From positions 1 through 48,814 of the forward strand of contig JAEXVC010000167.1 of assembly GCA_023406715.1 (NCBI GenBank): DNA of 48,814 nucleotides. The letters run 5' to 3'. This stretch comes from Bacteroidota bacterium (GTDB lineage Bacteria > Bacteroidota > Bacteroidia > Bacteroidales > Tenuifilaceae). The position numbers and the translations under genes were made by a program. This document shows, one piece after another, positions 19,272 to 28,236 of this stretch (its first letter is position 1; each line of letters begins with the position of its first letter). The notes under the pieces are model-generated. The model was not told where the DNA came from and did no database searches. It was given only the letters and a program-made list of their open reading frames with translations.

Positions 19272-20153
19272 CTATGAATTATACCCAAAGCGTTTTAGTT
19301 TTTTGTCGTCGTTGCGCCAGTTGGGGTCAACTTTAACATAGAGCTCAAGGAAAACCTTCTTTTCCAAGAACTTTTCCAAGTCTAAACGGGCTTCGGTACC
19401 TACCTTTTTGAGCATTTTACCTTGATGTCCAATCACAATGGATTTTTGCGATTCTCTATCAACATAAATAATTGCCCTAATTCTATCAATCCTGGTTTCC
19501 TCATTGTACTCCTCAATATCAACCTCAACGGAGTAAGGAATTTCCTTTTGATAGGCGGTTAGAATTTTCTCGCGAATAATCTCCGATGCAAAGAACCTCA
19601 GTGTTTTATCAGTAAGAGTATCTTTTGGGAAAAACTCAGGGCCTTCGGGCAATTGCTCGCTAACCATTTTAATTAGCGCCTCGGTGTTAAACTTATGCAA
19701 TGCCGATATGGGCAGAATTCTTGCCTCTGGTATAATTTCAGCCCACTGAGCAACCAGTGCGGCAACCTTATCTTGTTCCGATAAATCGACCTTGTTGATT
19801 GCCAGAATAATTGGAGTGCCCAGCTGCTTAAGTCTATTCAAAAACTCCTCGTTTTTGTTGGGAGTCTCAACAGTGTCGGTGATGTATAGGATAACATCTG
19901 CATCCTCTAGCGCCGATTCCACAAACTTCATCATTGCCGATTGCAGTTTGTAGGCTGGCTTAAGAATACCTGGAGTATCGGAGTAAACTATCTGGAAATC
20001 CTCGCCATTCACAATACCCATAATCCGATGACGGGTGGTTTGTGCCTTGCTGGTGATAATGGATAGTCTTTCTCCCACCAAAGCATTCATTAGCGTTGAT
20101 TTTCCAACGTTTGGATTCCCAATTATATTTACGAAACCTGAACGATGTGCCAT
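19272..20153 (-). CDS. era: GTPase Era
   Basis: GNPNVGKST, QTTRHRI, DTPG, NKVD and a KH domain with EIPYS and VIGHQG. Confidence 0.97.
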   Translation of the reverse strand: MAHRSGFVNIIGNPNVGKSTLMNALVGERLSIITSKAQTTRHRIMGIVNGEDFQIVYSDTPGILKPAYKLQSAMMKFVESALEDADVILYITDTVETPNKNEEFLNRLKQLGTPIILAINKVDLSEQDKVAALVAQWAEIIPEARILPISALHKFNTEALIKMVSEQLPEGPEFFPKDTLTDKTLRFFASEIIREKILTAYQKEIPYSVEVDIEEYNEETRIDRIRAIIYVDRESQKSIVIGHQGKMLKKVGTEARLDLEKFLEKKVFLELYVKVDPNWRNDDKKLKRFGYNS

Positions 20154-20154
20154 T

Positions 20155-20189
20155 TCTTAGATTCTAAATATTAGACATAAGACATTAGA
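20155..20189. repeat. 7-nt periodic repeat (nnnnAGA) in the rluB-era spacer
   Basis: TCTTAGA TTCTAAA TATTAGA CATAAGA CATTAGA. Confidence 0.65.
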
Positions 20190-20205
20190 AAATAATCTAA
20201 ATAGA

Positions 20206-21771
20206 TTAGAATCTATTCATTTTAAGCACATTCACCTCTTTTTGTGTGAGGAAACGCCATTTACCTCTGGGCAGATTCTTTTTAGTAAGTCCTGCAAAGT
20301 AAACCCTATCGAGTTTTACAACCCTGTAGAAAAGCGATTCGAATATGCGGCGTACAACGCGGTTTTGTCCTGTGTGAATTTCAACTCCAACCTCGGTGCC
20401 ATTGCTTTCCTCTGTGTAGTCAATAGAGTCAACTTTAAGAATTTCACCATCAACCTCAACACCCTTGCTGATTTTCTCCATATCTTCAGCCGACACCTTT
20501 TTGTCAAGCTCTACATGGTAAATCTTTTTCTTCATAAAGCTAGGGTGAGTCAACTTCTTGGTCATCTCGCCGTCGTTGGTAAGGAGTAGAACACCTGTAC
20601 TGTTTCTGTCCAAGCGGCCAACAGGGTAAACGCGCTCCTCGCAAGCACCATCAATTAGTTCCATTACGGTGCGTTTTGCGTGAGGGTCCTCAACTGTTGT
20701 TACGTAATCCTTTGGTTTGTTTAAAAGGATGTAAACCTTACGTTCTGCATCAAGTGTCTTGCCCTTGTAGCAGATTTCGTCGTTAGGGTTAACCCTTGTT
20801 CCTAGTTGGGTGATAACTTCGCCATTTACGGAGATTAATCCGTTCTGAATCATCTCATCTGCCTCTCTGCGGCTGCATAGGCCAGAGTTGGCTACATATT
20901 TATTCAAACGAATTAGGCCGTCGTCCTCCCTTTCAGTTTTTTCTACTTTTGCAGATTCTCTGCGAGGTTTTGATGTTGATGTAAATTCGTCGTCGTATTT
21001 TTTCTTGAATGTTCTCGATTTGTAACCCGATGCATTGTCGGAATCGTCGTAGCGTTTGGGTTTCGATTCAAACCTGTCGCTACGCTCCTTGCGGTCGCTA
21101 GATTTCTCGAAACGACTTGGTTTTGCTCCAAATCTATCGCTACGTTCTCTAGTTTCCTCGTTGCTTCTAGTGCCAAAACGACTCTTAGCGCTTGAGCGTT
21201 CCTCGTCTCTATTGGTACGGCTAGGTTTTTCGGCGAAACGACTTTTGCTTGGGCGCTCGCCTCTATCTTCTGTACGGTAAGGGCGTGCGTTATATCCACC
21301 AATATTTGTAGGTTCGTCTTTATCCTCAGAACGGCTAGATTTTGCAAAAAAACTTTCTTTCTTTGGACGTTCTTCGCGTTCCTCTGAGCGTTTCTTAGCA
21401 GGACGTTCGCTTCTCTCTTCGCTTTCAGATGCGCTGTCCTTATCATCGGGGGCAAAACGATTCCTGAAAGGAACTTCCTCTGTGTTTTTAATTTTTAATG
21501 TTCTTGGCTTATAGCTGCTTTCTCCACCTTGCTTTTCATCACTTCTAGATTTGCTTGGTTTGTCGGACGATTTCTCTTTTGGAGAATAGCTGCGCTTTTT
21601 GGTAGGTTCCTCAGCGTTATCAGCAACGTGAGGTTTAGTGATTTCACTTTCCGAACTAGGATTAACTGACTTTGGAGCCATTGTCCTTGGACGGTAAACC
21701 TTTGCAGGTTCTTCTTGGGCGTTAGTCCGCGTCTCGCGTTTAACTTCCCTTTTCTTGCTTGTTCTTTCCAT
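20206..21771 (-). CDS. rluB: RsuA/RluB-family rRNA pseudouridine synthase with a long disordered N-terminal extension
   Basis: S4 domain 'IRLNKYVANSGLCSRREADEMI', LNKPKDY, catalytic 'VGRLDRNSTG' and 'GQNRVVRRIF'. RluB versus RluF is not resolvable by eye. Confidence 0.88.
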   Translation of the reverse strand: MERTSKKREVKRETRTNAQEEPAKVYRPRTMAPKSVNPSSESEITKPHVADNAEEPTKKRSYSPKEKSSDKPSKSRSDEKQGGESSYKPRTLKIKNTEEVPFRNRFAPDDKDSASESEERSERPAKKRSEEREERPKKESFFAKSSRSEDKDEPTNIGGYNARPYRTEDRGERPSKSRFAEKPSRTNRDEERSSAKSRFGTRSNEETRERSDRFGAKPSRFEKSSDRKERSDRFESKPKRYDDSDNASGYKSRTFKKKYDDEFTSTSKPRRESAKVEKTEREDDGLIRLNKYVANSGLCSRREADEMIQNGLISVNGEVITQLGTRVNPNDEICYKGKTLDAERKVYILLNKPKDYVTTVEDPHAKRTVMELIDGACEERVYPVGRLDRNSTGVLLLTNDGEMTKKLTHPSFMKKKIYHVELDKKVSAEDMEKISKGVEVDGEILKVDSIDYTEESNGTEVGVEIHTGQNRVVRRIFESLFYRVVKLDRVYFAGLTKKNLPRGKWRFLTQKEVNVLKMNRF

Positions 21772-21829
21772 TTAACTGTTAAATATTGAACTTGTTAGGC
21801 TAACTCTTTAGCCATTTAAAATTAGGGTG

Positions 21830-21837
21830 CAAAGATA
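21830..21837 (-). promoter_or_regulatory. -7 box TATCTTTG for rluB-era-der
   Basis: CAAAGATA on the + strand, about 59 nt upstream of the rluB ATG. Confidence 0.6.
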
Positions 21838-21865
21838 ATAATAAGTTTGATGTTTACGCTATATT

Positions 21866-21996
21866 AATTTGATAATTTGAAAATTAGTCAATTAGCAAAT
21901 TGAAGAGTCGTTTATAATTTGAGTCGCAAAAAGGATTAGTCAAAATTGGTTATTATTTAAATTTTCAAATTGACTCATTTTCAAATTGGCTAATTG
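21866..21996. repeat. Inverted 8-nt periodic repeat (AATT-based) between the methyltransferase gene and rluB
   Basis: Left arm AATTTGAT AATTTGAA AATTAGTC AATTAGCA AATTGAAG (21866-21905). Right arm ATTTTCAA ATTGACTC ATTTTCAA ATTGGCTA ATTG (21961-21996). Confidence 0.75.
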
Positions 21997-22710
21997 TCAG
22001 AAAGCCAAGTAGAAATCCGCAGTTAGTTGCTTGTACTCATCGGTATAGTTTCCTTCAGAATCACGGGTGCAAAGGGTGGATTCTTCTATGGGTTTCTTCT
22101 CAAACTCCAGTTGAATAAGCATTCTGAGGGTGTCACGGTTGGGTTTCGATTGAATGTTCAGCCTTTTGGTACAGTACAATCCATAACCCGATGCCTTTGC
22201 AATAAACACATTCCCCTCGGTGTAAGGGAAAACTCCGCAGAACTTGCCTTTCTTGGCTAGTAATTTTGATATACCGCCAAGCAGCTCGTCGTAGGGTAGA
22301 GTGCCGTTGTGGCGTGCAAGGTTTTTATGCTCGAATGGCGATTTTAGCGATTGTTCAAAGTACGGTGGGTTCGATACTATCAAATCGTACCGATTATTAG
22401 TTTCAGAAACAAAATCCTGAAAGGATTTATTTGCAATGGCAATCCTATTTCCCCATGGCGATTTTGCTGCATTCATTTCGGCTTGCTTTGCCGAGGGTGC
22501 ATCAATTTCAACAGCATCAATTATTGCAGTTGAGTTCCGCTGTGCGAGCATAAGTGCAATAACTCCTGTTCCTGTACCAATATCAAGAATTCGGCTTACA
22601 TCATCAACATTAGCCCAAGCACCAAGCAAAACACCATCGGTGCCAACTTTCATTGCGGCGTGTGTTTGGCTGATTGTAAATTGTTTAAATTTAAAGTAGG
22701 TGTTGGGCAT
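21997..22710 (-). CDS. yfiC: tRNA1(Val) (adenine(37)-N6)-methyltransferase (YfiC/TrmN6)
   Basis: 'FKFKQFTI...AMKVGTDGVLLGAW', SAM motif LDIGTGTG, NPPYF and ARH. Confidence 0.9.
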   Translation of the reverse strand: MPNTYFKFKQFTISQTHAAMKVGTDGVLLGAWANVDDVSRILDIGTGTGVIALMLAQRNSTAIIDAVEIDAPSAKQAEMNAAKSPWGNRIAIANKSFQDFVSETNNRYDLIVSNPPYFEQSLKSPFEHKNLARHNGTLPYDELLGGISKLLAKKGKFCGVFPYTEGNVFIAKASGYGLYCTKRLNIQSKPNRDTLRMLIQLEFEKKPIEESTLCTRDSEGNYTDEYKQLTADFYLAF

Positions 22711-22729
22711 TGCTTCTATAATTGGCCAG

Positions 22730-22737
22730 CAAAGGTA
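22730..22737 (-). promoter_or_regulatory. -7 box TACCTTTG for the tRNA methyltransferase
   Basis: CAAAGGTA on the + strand, about 20 nt upstream of the ATG. Confidence 0.6.
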
Positions 22738-22757
22738 TTATTTTTATACAAATTAGG

Positions 22758-23537
22758 CTAAACTTCACCATTTACCCCCATTCCAAAAAGCGCAAAATCG
22801 TACTTGATTGGGTCGTTGGGGTCGAATTGGCGGAGTTCCGCAGATAGTTCCTCAACAGCCTTAAAATCGTTTTGCGACCGTTGCAACAATCCTAAAACAC
22901 GTGCAACTCGTCCCGAGTGAACATCGAGCGGAATTAGTAATGCTGATGTTGGTATTTCAGTCCATAAACCAAAATCAACATCTTCGGTATTTGGCCTAAT
23001 CATCCACCTTAGGTACATATTGAGCCTTTTTGCCGCCGAACCTTCGATGATATTTGGTGTATGCTTTAGTGTGCGGCTTTGAATATCGGCATTTACAAAA
23101 CAATTTCTATAGGCATTGATGGAGTCAGCAATGGATTGATTTTGCTTATAAGCATCAACAAAAACTCTTCTCAACCCGCCTTGTTTGCTATAGATTGATT
23201 TTAGAACCTGAATAAATGCAGCGCAATCCTCCTCATTAAAAGTACGATGTACAAATCCTTTTAGATATTTTCTATCGGATGATTTAAAATTGATAGCAAA
23301 TTCGTAGGGTTTATTATTCATCGCATTGAGCAAACGATTCATGCTATTCAGAATCGATTTTCTGTTTCCCCATGCAATTGTGGCTGTTAGCAATCCTGCA
23401 ATTTCAATATCTTCAGTTTTGCTGAAACGGTGGGGGATTTGAATAGGGTCGTCGGCCAAAAACAGTTTGTTGGCATAGCGCTTATATCTGCTATCCAGCA
23501 ATTCCTTTAATACTGCTTTGCTTTGTGGAATAATCAT
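22758..23537 (-). CDS. TIGR02757 / DUF2400 family protein
   Basis: Motifs DPIQIPHRF, AWGNRKSI, SAAKRLNMYLRWM, IPLDVH and DPIKYDFALFG. TAATG overlap with the ABC ATPase gene. Confidence 0.9.
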   Translation of the reverse strand: MIIPQSKAVLKELLDSRYKRYANKLFLADDPIQIPHRFSKTEDIEIAGLLTATIAWGNRKSILNSMNRLLNAMNNKPYEFAINFKSSDRKYLKGFVHRTFNEEDCAAFIQVLKSIYSKQGGLRRVFVDAYKQNQSIADSINAYRNCFVNADIQSRTLKHTPNIIEGSAAKRLNMYLRWMIRPNTEDVDFGLWTEIPTSALLIPLDVHSGRVARVLGLLQRSQNDFKAVEELSAELRQFDPNDPIKYDFALFGMGVNGEV

Positions 23538-24187
23538 TAGCCAAGCAAACCGTCGTTCATCGAAATCTGCATATCGGCCATTCGGGCTAAATCCTTATCG
23601 TGTGTAACCACCACAAAGGTTTGTCCCATTTGGTCGCGAAGCTTAAAGAAAAGGTTATGCAGCTCCTCCTTATTGTGTGAATCGAGGTTCCCCGATGGTT
23701 CATCGGCCAAAACAACTAGCGGGTTGTTAATCAATGCGCGTGCTACAGCCACACGCTGTTGCTCTCCACCCGATAGTTCTGATGGTTTATGGGTTAATCG
23801 GTGCGAAAGACCAAGGAAGTCCAACAACTCTTTGGCTCGCTCTTGCGACGAACTCATACTTTTTCCAGCAATAAGGGCAGGCATGCATACATTCTCTAAC
23901 GCAGTAAATTCGGGCAATAAATGATGAAACTGAAATACAAATCCAATGTGGGTGTTTCTGAATTTGGCCAGTTGCTTATCCTTCATTAACGATAAGTTTT
24001 CACCGTTCATATAAACATTACCAGAATCGGGTAGGCTGAGGGTGCCCATTATTTGTAAAAGAGTAGTTTTGCCAGCACCGCTAGGGCCAACAATTGCAAC
24101 TACTTTCTTTTCTGGAATTTCAACAGTAACGCCCTTTAGAACGGTTAGCGAACCAAAGGATTTTACAATATTTTCTACTTTTATCAT
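23537..24187 (-). CDS. lolD: LolD/MacB-type ABC transporter ATP-binding protein
   Basis: Walker [23 protein letters not shown], signature LSGGEQQRV, Walker [11 protein letters not shown] and VTHD. Confidence 0.85.
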   Translation of the reverse strand: MIKVENIVKSFGSLTVLKGVTVEIPEKKVVAIVGPSGAGKTTLLQIMGTLSLPDSGNVYMNGENLSLMKDKQLAKFRNTHIGFVFQFHHLLPEFTALENVCMPALIAGKSMSSSQERAKELLDFLGLSHRLTHKPSELSGGEQQRVAVARALINNPLVVLADEPSGNLDSHNKEELHNLFFKLRDQMGQTFVVVTHDKDLARMADMQISMNDGLLG

Positions 24188-24281
24188 TTATATGTTCGGT
24201 TGAGGATGGTTACAAAAGTAGTTATTATTCAGAATAAATTTGTAGTTTAGCTTTTCCTCATTTAACAGTAAATAAAACAAG

Positions 24282-24767
24282 ATGAATTACATTAAGAAAA
24301 TTCTCATTCTAATAGCAATTTTCTTTATCGGAAAATTTTTGCTTGACATTACATTTAGAATTAGATATAGTAAGAATGAAATTTTTGAGATTAATAACCT
24401 TAAAATTTCAGATTCATTGACGATTAACCATGGTAAAATTCTACTAGGAAAGAATATTAAAGGTAATCTTGAGGCAATTGTTTTACCCGATAATTTAAAA
24501 TTAAATGATTCAACAACGGTTGAATACGTTTATCTAAGATTCTTCCCTGAATGGTATGACATTAATATTAAACCATACGTTGGTAATAAAATTGAAAAAG
24601 ACAAATGGGAACTTCACTTTATTGGAGAGGCATTGCACAACTCAAACTTTTCGAATTATATGCATATAAATAGTTATCCAATTGTAAGAAAAGATTTTGT
24701 TCCATATGTGCTAAAGATTAAGGAATCGGGAGAGAAAATCAGATTACAGATAAATATTGCCAAATAA
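24282..24767 (+). CDS. Hypothetical membrane-anchored protein (AT-rich)
   Basis: 161-aa ORF with an N-terminal hydrophobic helix, its own TAAATTTG box (24235-24242) and a terminator. No recognisable motif. Confidence 0.65.
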   Translation: MNYIKKILILIAIFFIGKFLLDITFRIRYSKNEIFEINNLKISDSLTINHGKILLGKNIKGNLEAIVLPDNLKLNDSTTVEYVYLRFFPEWYDINIKPYVGNKIEKDKWELHFIGEALHNSNFSNYMHINSYPIVRKDFVPYVLKIKESGEKIRLQINIAK

Positions 24768-24784
24768 CATTGGGTGTGATTTAG

Positions 24785-24817
24785 AAAAAAACTCTACGAT
24801 GTTTTGTAGAGTTTTTT
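24785..24817 (+). terminator. Rho-independent terminator
   Basis: AAAAAAACTCTACGA-TGTT-TTGTAGAGTTTTTT. Confidence 0.7.
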
Positions 24818-24860
24818 ATTTTAAATGGAATGCGTTCATAATTTGCCTTTATTTAATTTT

Positions 24861-24868
24861 TACTTTTG
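24861..24868 (+). promoter_or_regulatory. -7 box TACTTTTG for glmM
   Basis: Exact TAnnTTTG about 24 nt upstream of ATG 24892. Confidence 0.6.
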
Positions 24869-24891
24869 TACAGTGAATTAATTCAACGACT

Positions 24892-26283
24892 ATGACATTA
24901 ATAAAATCCATATCTGGCATTAGAGGAACCATTGGTGGTTCGGTTGGCGATTGCTTAACACCAGTTGACATTGTTAAATTTACATCGGCATATGCACAGT
25001 GGCTGCGTTTACGAAACCCAGGGAAAAAGTGTAAGGTAGCGGTTGGTCGCGATGCTCGCATATCGGGCGAAATGGCCAATAGCATTGTAATTGGCGCTCT
25101 TATGGGCTGTGGCGTTGACGTTTTGGATTTGGGCTTAGCAACAACGCCAACCGTGGAGATGGCGGTTATACATGAGAAAACCGATGGCGGCATTATACTT
25201 ACTGCTAGCCACAATCCACGCCAATGGAATGCATTAAAGTTACTTAACGAAAAAGGTGAGTTCCTTTCCGATGTCAATGGGCGTAAAATACTAGAATTTG
25301 CGGAGAAGGAAACATTCTCGTTTGTTGAGGTTGACGATTTAGGAACTGTGGAGGAGGAGTACTCGTTCGTTGATGAGCATATCAACAAGATACTTGAACT
25401 AAAGTATGTGGATACAAAAGCCATTGCGAAAGCAAATTTTAAGGTAGCAATAGATTGTGTAAACTCTGTTGGAGGAATTGCGCTACCACGTTTGCTAAAA
25501 GCGCTAGGAGTAAATCGCGTTATTGAACTTTATACCGCCCCAACAGGCGATTTTCCACATAATCCCGAGCCGCTTCCAGAGCATCTGCATGAAATATCAA
25601 AAGTGATAAAGGAGCAGAAGGCCGATGTTGGTTTTGTGGTTGACCCCGATGTGGACCGCTTGGCAATTGTTAATGAGGATGGAACAATGTTTGGCGAGGA
25701 GTACACACTTGTATCGGTATCGGACTATGTGTTAAGTTTCAATGCTGGCAATACTGTTTCGAACCTTTCCAGCACTGCCGCATTGCGCGATGTAACACAC
25801 AAATACGGTAAGGAGTACTTTGCTTCGGCAGTGGGCGAGGTAAACGTTGTAACCAAAATGAAAGAGGTTAACGCCATTATTGGTGGCGAAGGCAACGGAG
25901 GCGTAATTCTTCCAGAATTACATTACGGACGCGATGCATTGGTGGGTATTGCAATATTCTTAACTCAACTTGCCAACTCTGGGAAGAAATGTTCTGAATT
26001 GAGAGCTACATATCCGAACTACTTCATCTCTAAAAACAAGATTGAACTTAAAGCAGGTATGAATCCCGATGATGTTCTAGCCAAGATGCTTTCGCAGCAT
26101 CAACATTTGCAGGTAAACACTGCCGATGGTTTGCGAATTGATTTTGAGGATGGCTGGGTTCATATGCGCAAATCGAATACCGAGCCAATTATAAGGATTT
26201 ACGCTGAGAGTAGTTCTACAGAAAAAGCAAATGAACTGGCAGTTAAGATGATAAATCAGATAAAAGCATTGTTTGGAGTTTAA
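24892..26283 (+). CDS. glmM: Phosphoglucosamine mutase (phosphohexomutase family)
   Basis: SISGIRG, phosphoserine loop TASHNP, metal loop DPDVDR, GGEGNGG and RKSNTEP. Confidence 0.88.
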   Translation: MTLIKSISGIRGTIGGSVGDCLTPVDIVKFTSAYAQWLRLRNPGKKCKVAVGRDARISGEMANSIVIGALMGCGVDVLDLGLATTPTVEMAVIHEKTDGGIILTASHNPRQWNALKLLNEKGEFLSDVNGRKILEFAEKETFSFVEVDDLGTVEEEYSFVDEHINKILELKYVDTKAIAKANFKVAIDCVNSVGGIALPRLLKALGVNRVIELYTAPTGDFPHNPEPLPEHLHEISKVIKEQKADVGFVVDPDVDRLAIVNEDGTMFGEEYTLVSVSDYVLSFNAGNTVSNLSSTAALRDVTHKYGKEYFASAVGEVNVVTKMKEVNAIIGGEGNGGVILPELHYGRDALVGIAIFLTQLANSGKKCSELRATYPNYFISKNKIELKAGMNPDDVLAKMLSQHQHLQVNTADGLRIDFEDGWVHMRKSNTEPIIRIYAESSSTEKANELAVKMINQIKALFGV

Positions 26284-26305
26284 CACTCTAATAGGGTAAT
26301 AAGCA

Positions 26306-26333
26306 AAAAGGGAATCCAAAGTGATTCCCTTTT
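26306..26333. terminator. Bidirectional terminator between glmM and the beta-helix lipoprotein
   Basis: AAAAGGGAATC-N6-GATTCCCTTTT. Confidence 0.8.
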
Positions 26334-26356
26334 CTTTTGTAAACCTAAACCTACTA

Positions 26357-27511
26357 TTAATCGTTGTTTGTTCCAATGCTTCCAAGTGAGCAGTTTGTGA
26401 AAGTATTCCCTGTGCTACTAGCCGAAAGGGTGGCATCGTTATCCAGGTAAATACCGTGTCCGGAAGAGTTTCTGAAAGTGCTGTTTTTGACAGTAATTCC
26501 TGAAGTTTCACGGATGTATAAACACGCATCTTGCTCGTATCCTGCATACTCAAAAGTGCAATAATCAAAAACAGTGTTTGGAGATGTGTAATTGTACATG
26601 AAAAGACCTCTCCAAGCTCCAGTTGCAGGAGAAGTGTTGCTCGATGTGAAAATTATTGGATTGGCAAGCGTTCCAACGGCGGTAAGTGTAGTGTTTGCGG
26701 AATAACCAAAATCAATTCGTCCGGCAGCATTGAACGATAAAATGGTGCCAGGTTCAATTGTCAAATTAGTTTCAACAGTAATCCCGCCATTAAAAATATA
26801 TGGTACACTTTGTTTTTTCCATGTTAAATTAGTTCCATCAGTAGCCGTAACATCATTACTCTCAACAAGAATTCCGTAGCCACTAGTACATGTCATTATG
26901 TTATTTGCACCCAAGGTATGTAATGCTTTGGGATAAAGTCTAACGGCGTGTGTGCCGCAATTTTCGATTGTATTTCCAGTCATTGAAACAAAAGCTCCTT
27001 CATCGTTTAGCTCTACACCAATTTTTTTTGCAAACTTAACAAGATTGTTGTCGAATGTTAACTTGCAACGCACTTCAACTGCAGAATAATCAGAGTAACC
27101 TGCATATAGGAAATCGCAATAGGCTATGCTTGAGTTTTGTAGCACATGATTATAGAAAAATACACCGTCCCATGAACCAGGCGTAGGTGTGGAATTGTAG
27201 GAAGTAAATACTATGCGGTTGTCGGCAGTACCATTTGCGGTAATAGTAACGTTGCTTGTGTATCCAAAACCTAAGCTTGCTCCAGTTTTAAATTTAATAA
27301 CAGTTCCTGGTTCAATTGTAAGATTTGCATCAACATCAATATCACCATCAATAACATAAACCTTACTGGCAACCCATGTAGTTACTGTAGTAATATCATC
27401 TACGATTAAAACCTCATTCCCCGTTTGATTTTCATCTTCCTCTTTTTCGCACGATGCGAATCCAATTGATAATGCAGCAAAAACTGCGCTTGCTAAAAGT
27501 AATCTTTTCAT
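26357..27511 (-). CDS. Surface lipoprotein with right-handed parallel beta-helix repeats
   Basis: Lipobox FASC then acidic EKEEDE. Duplicated module 'NLTIEPGT...F...GY..N.T.TA.GT..N.I.FTS.N..P..G.W.G.F.YN' and Asn-ladder repeats (GNTIENC, NSTFRNS, GNTFTNC). Confidence 0.8.
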   Translation of the reverse strand: MKRLLLASAVFAALSIGFASCEKEEDENQTGNEVLIVDDITTVTTWVASKVYVIDGDIDVDANLTIEPGTVIKFKTGASLGFGYTSNVTITANGTADNRIVFTSYNSTPTPGSWDGVFFYNHVLQNSSIAYCDFLYAGYSDYSAVEVRCKLTFDNNLVKFAKKIGVELNDEGAFVSMTGNTIENCGTHAVRLYPKALHTLGANNIMTCTSGYGILVESNDVTATDGTNLTWKKQSVPYIFNGGITVETNLTIEPGTILSFNAAGRIDFGYSANTTLTAVGTLANPIIFTSSNTSPATGAWRGLFMYNYTSPNTVFDYCTFEYAGYEQDACLYIRETSGITVKNSTFRNSSGHGIYLDNDATLSASSTGNTFTNCSLGSIGTNND

Positions 27512-27565
27512 AATTTTAAATTTTTAGTAAACAATTAGTTAGAATTAATTTTTGTCGTTTATTTT

Positions 27566-28120
27566 TTAGAATTTATAGGAAACTCCTAGGTTTAGGTATG
27601 CTATACCATAGCCTATTTCGGCCATAGCGGCAAACTTATCAGTAAAGTAGTAGCGTCCGCCAGCAAACCAAGCCCAAACAAAACCACTTGCCGAGGCAGA
27701 ATAATCGTAGCCAATAGATGTTCCGAACTCCTTGGCGCTGATAATATCATAGCCAAGCATTAATCCGGTGTAGGTGTCTAATTTATTTAGCAGTTGATAG
27801 TGTCCCACTCCACGTGCACCAATCACAAAGTTGGAGTATTTCCAGCCCCAGCCAGAGTATTCCCATTTTGCACTTGCGTAGCCAATATATCCACCAATAC
27901 CCAGCGAGCTTTTCTCATCGAATAGTTGGTCTTTTACACCCATTTCGAATGATAGAGATAGGGGAGGCGTTTTGCTGGTATAACCACTGCCAGAGTACAA
28001 TGCATTTCCAAAACCAATACCTGCATTTACAACCTTATCGCCTTTCTGAAAGGTGTTTTGCGAAATTCCTAAAAGAGTAAAACCGCATAAAACTGCAATA
28101 AGTGTTAATGTTTTTTTCAT
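27566..28120 (-). CDS. Small outer-membrane beta-barrel protein
   Basis: Signal peptide, about eight aromatic/Gly-rich amphipathic strands, 'GGRYYFTDKFAAMAEIGYG' and a terminal Phe (LGVSYKF). Confidence 0.85.
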   Translation of the reverse strand: MKKTLTLIAVLCGFTLLGISQNTFQKGDKVVNAGIGFGNALYSGSGYTSKTPPLSLSFEMGVKDQLFDEKSSLGIGGYIGYASAKWEYSGWGWKYSNFVIGARGVGHYQLLNKLDTYTGLMLGYDIISAKEFGTSIGYDYSASASGFVWAWFAGGRYYFTDKFAAMAEIGYGIAYLNLGVSYKF

Positions 28121-28167
28121 TTCACTAAAATTTAGATTGATAATTTTTATAGTTTTAAAATCTGAAT

Positions 28168-28175
28168 CAAAGGTA
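28168..28175 (-). promoter_or_regulatory. -7 box TACCTTTG for the OMP/beta-helix operon
   Basis: CAAAGGTA on the + strand, about 48 nt upstream of ATG 28120. Confidence 0.65.
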
Positions 28176-28198
28176 TTGAGTTAACCAAGGATGATTTT

Positions 28199-28214
28199 AC
28201 CCCCAAAAGGGGGT
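28199..28214. promoter_or_regulatory. Palindromic operator candidate ACCCCC-AAAA-GGGGGT
   Basis: GC-rich dyad in an AT-rich divergent spacer, 23 and 22 nt from the two opposing -7 boxes. Confidence 0.6.
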
Positions 28215-28236
28215 TTTTATTGCGAAGTATCCTAAA

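Noticed and set aside
20943..21455. 170-aa alternate-frame ORF within the rluB N-terminal extension
   Set aside because: It lies in a purine-rich low-complexity region where stops are depleted, and no frameshift signal is evident.
24849..25424. 191-aa antisense ORF over glmM (likewise 42099..42563 over valS and the other short overlapping ORFs)
   Set aside because: These are antisense or off-frame shadows of conserved housekeeping genes.
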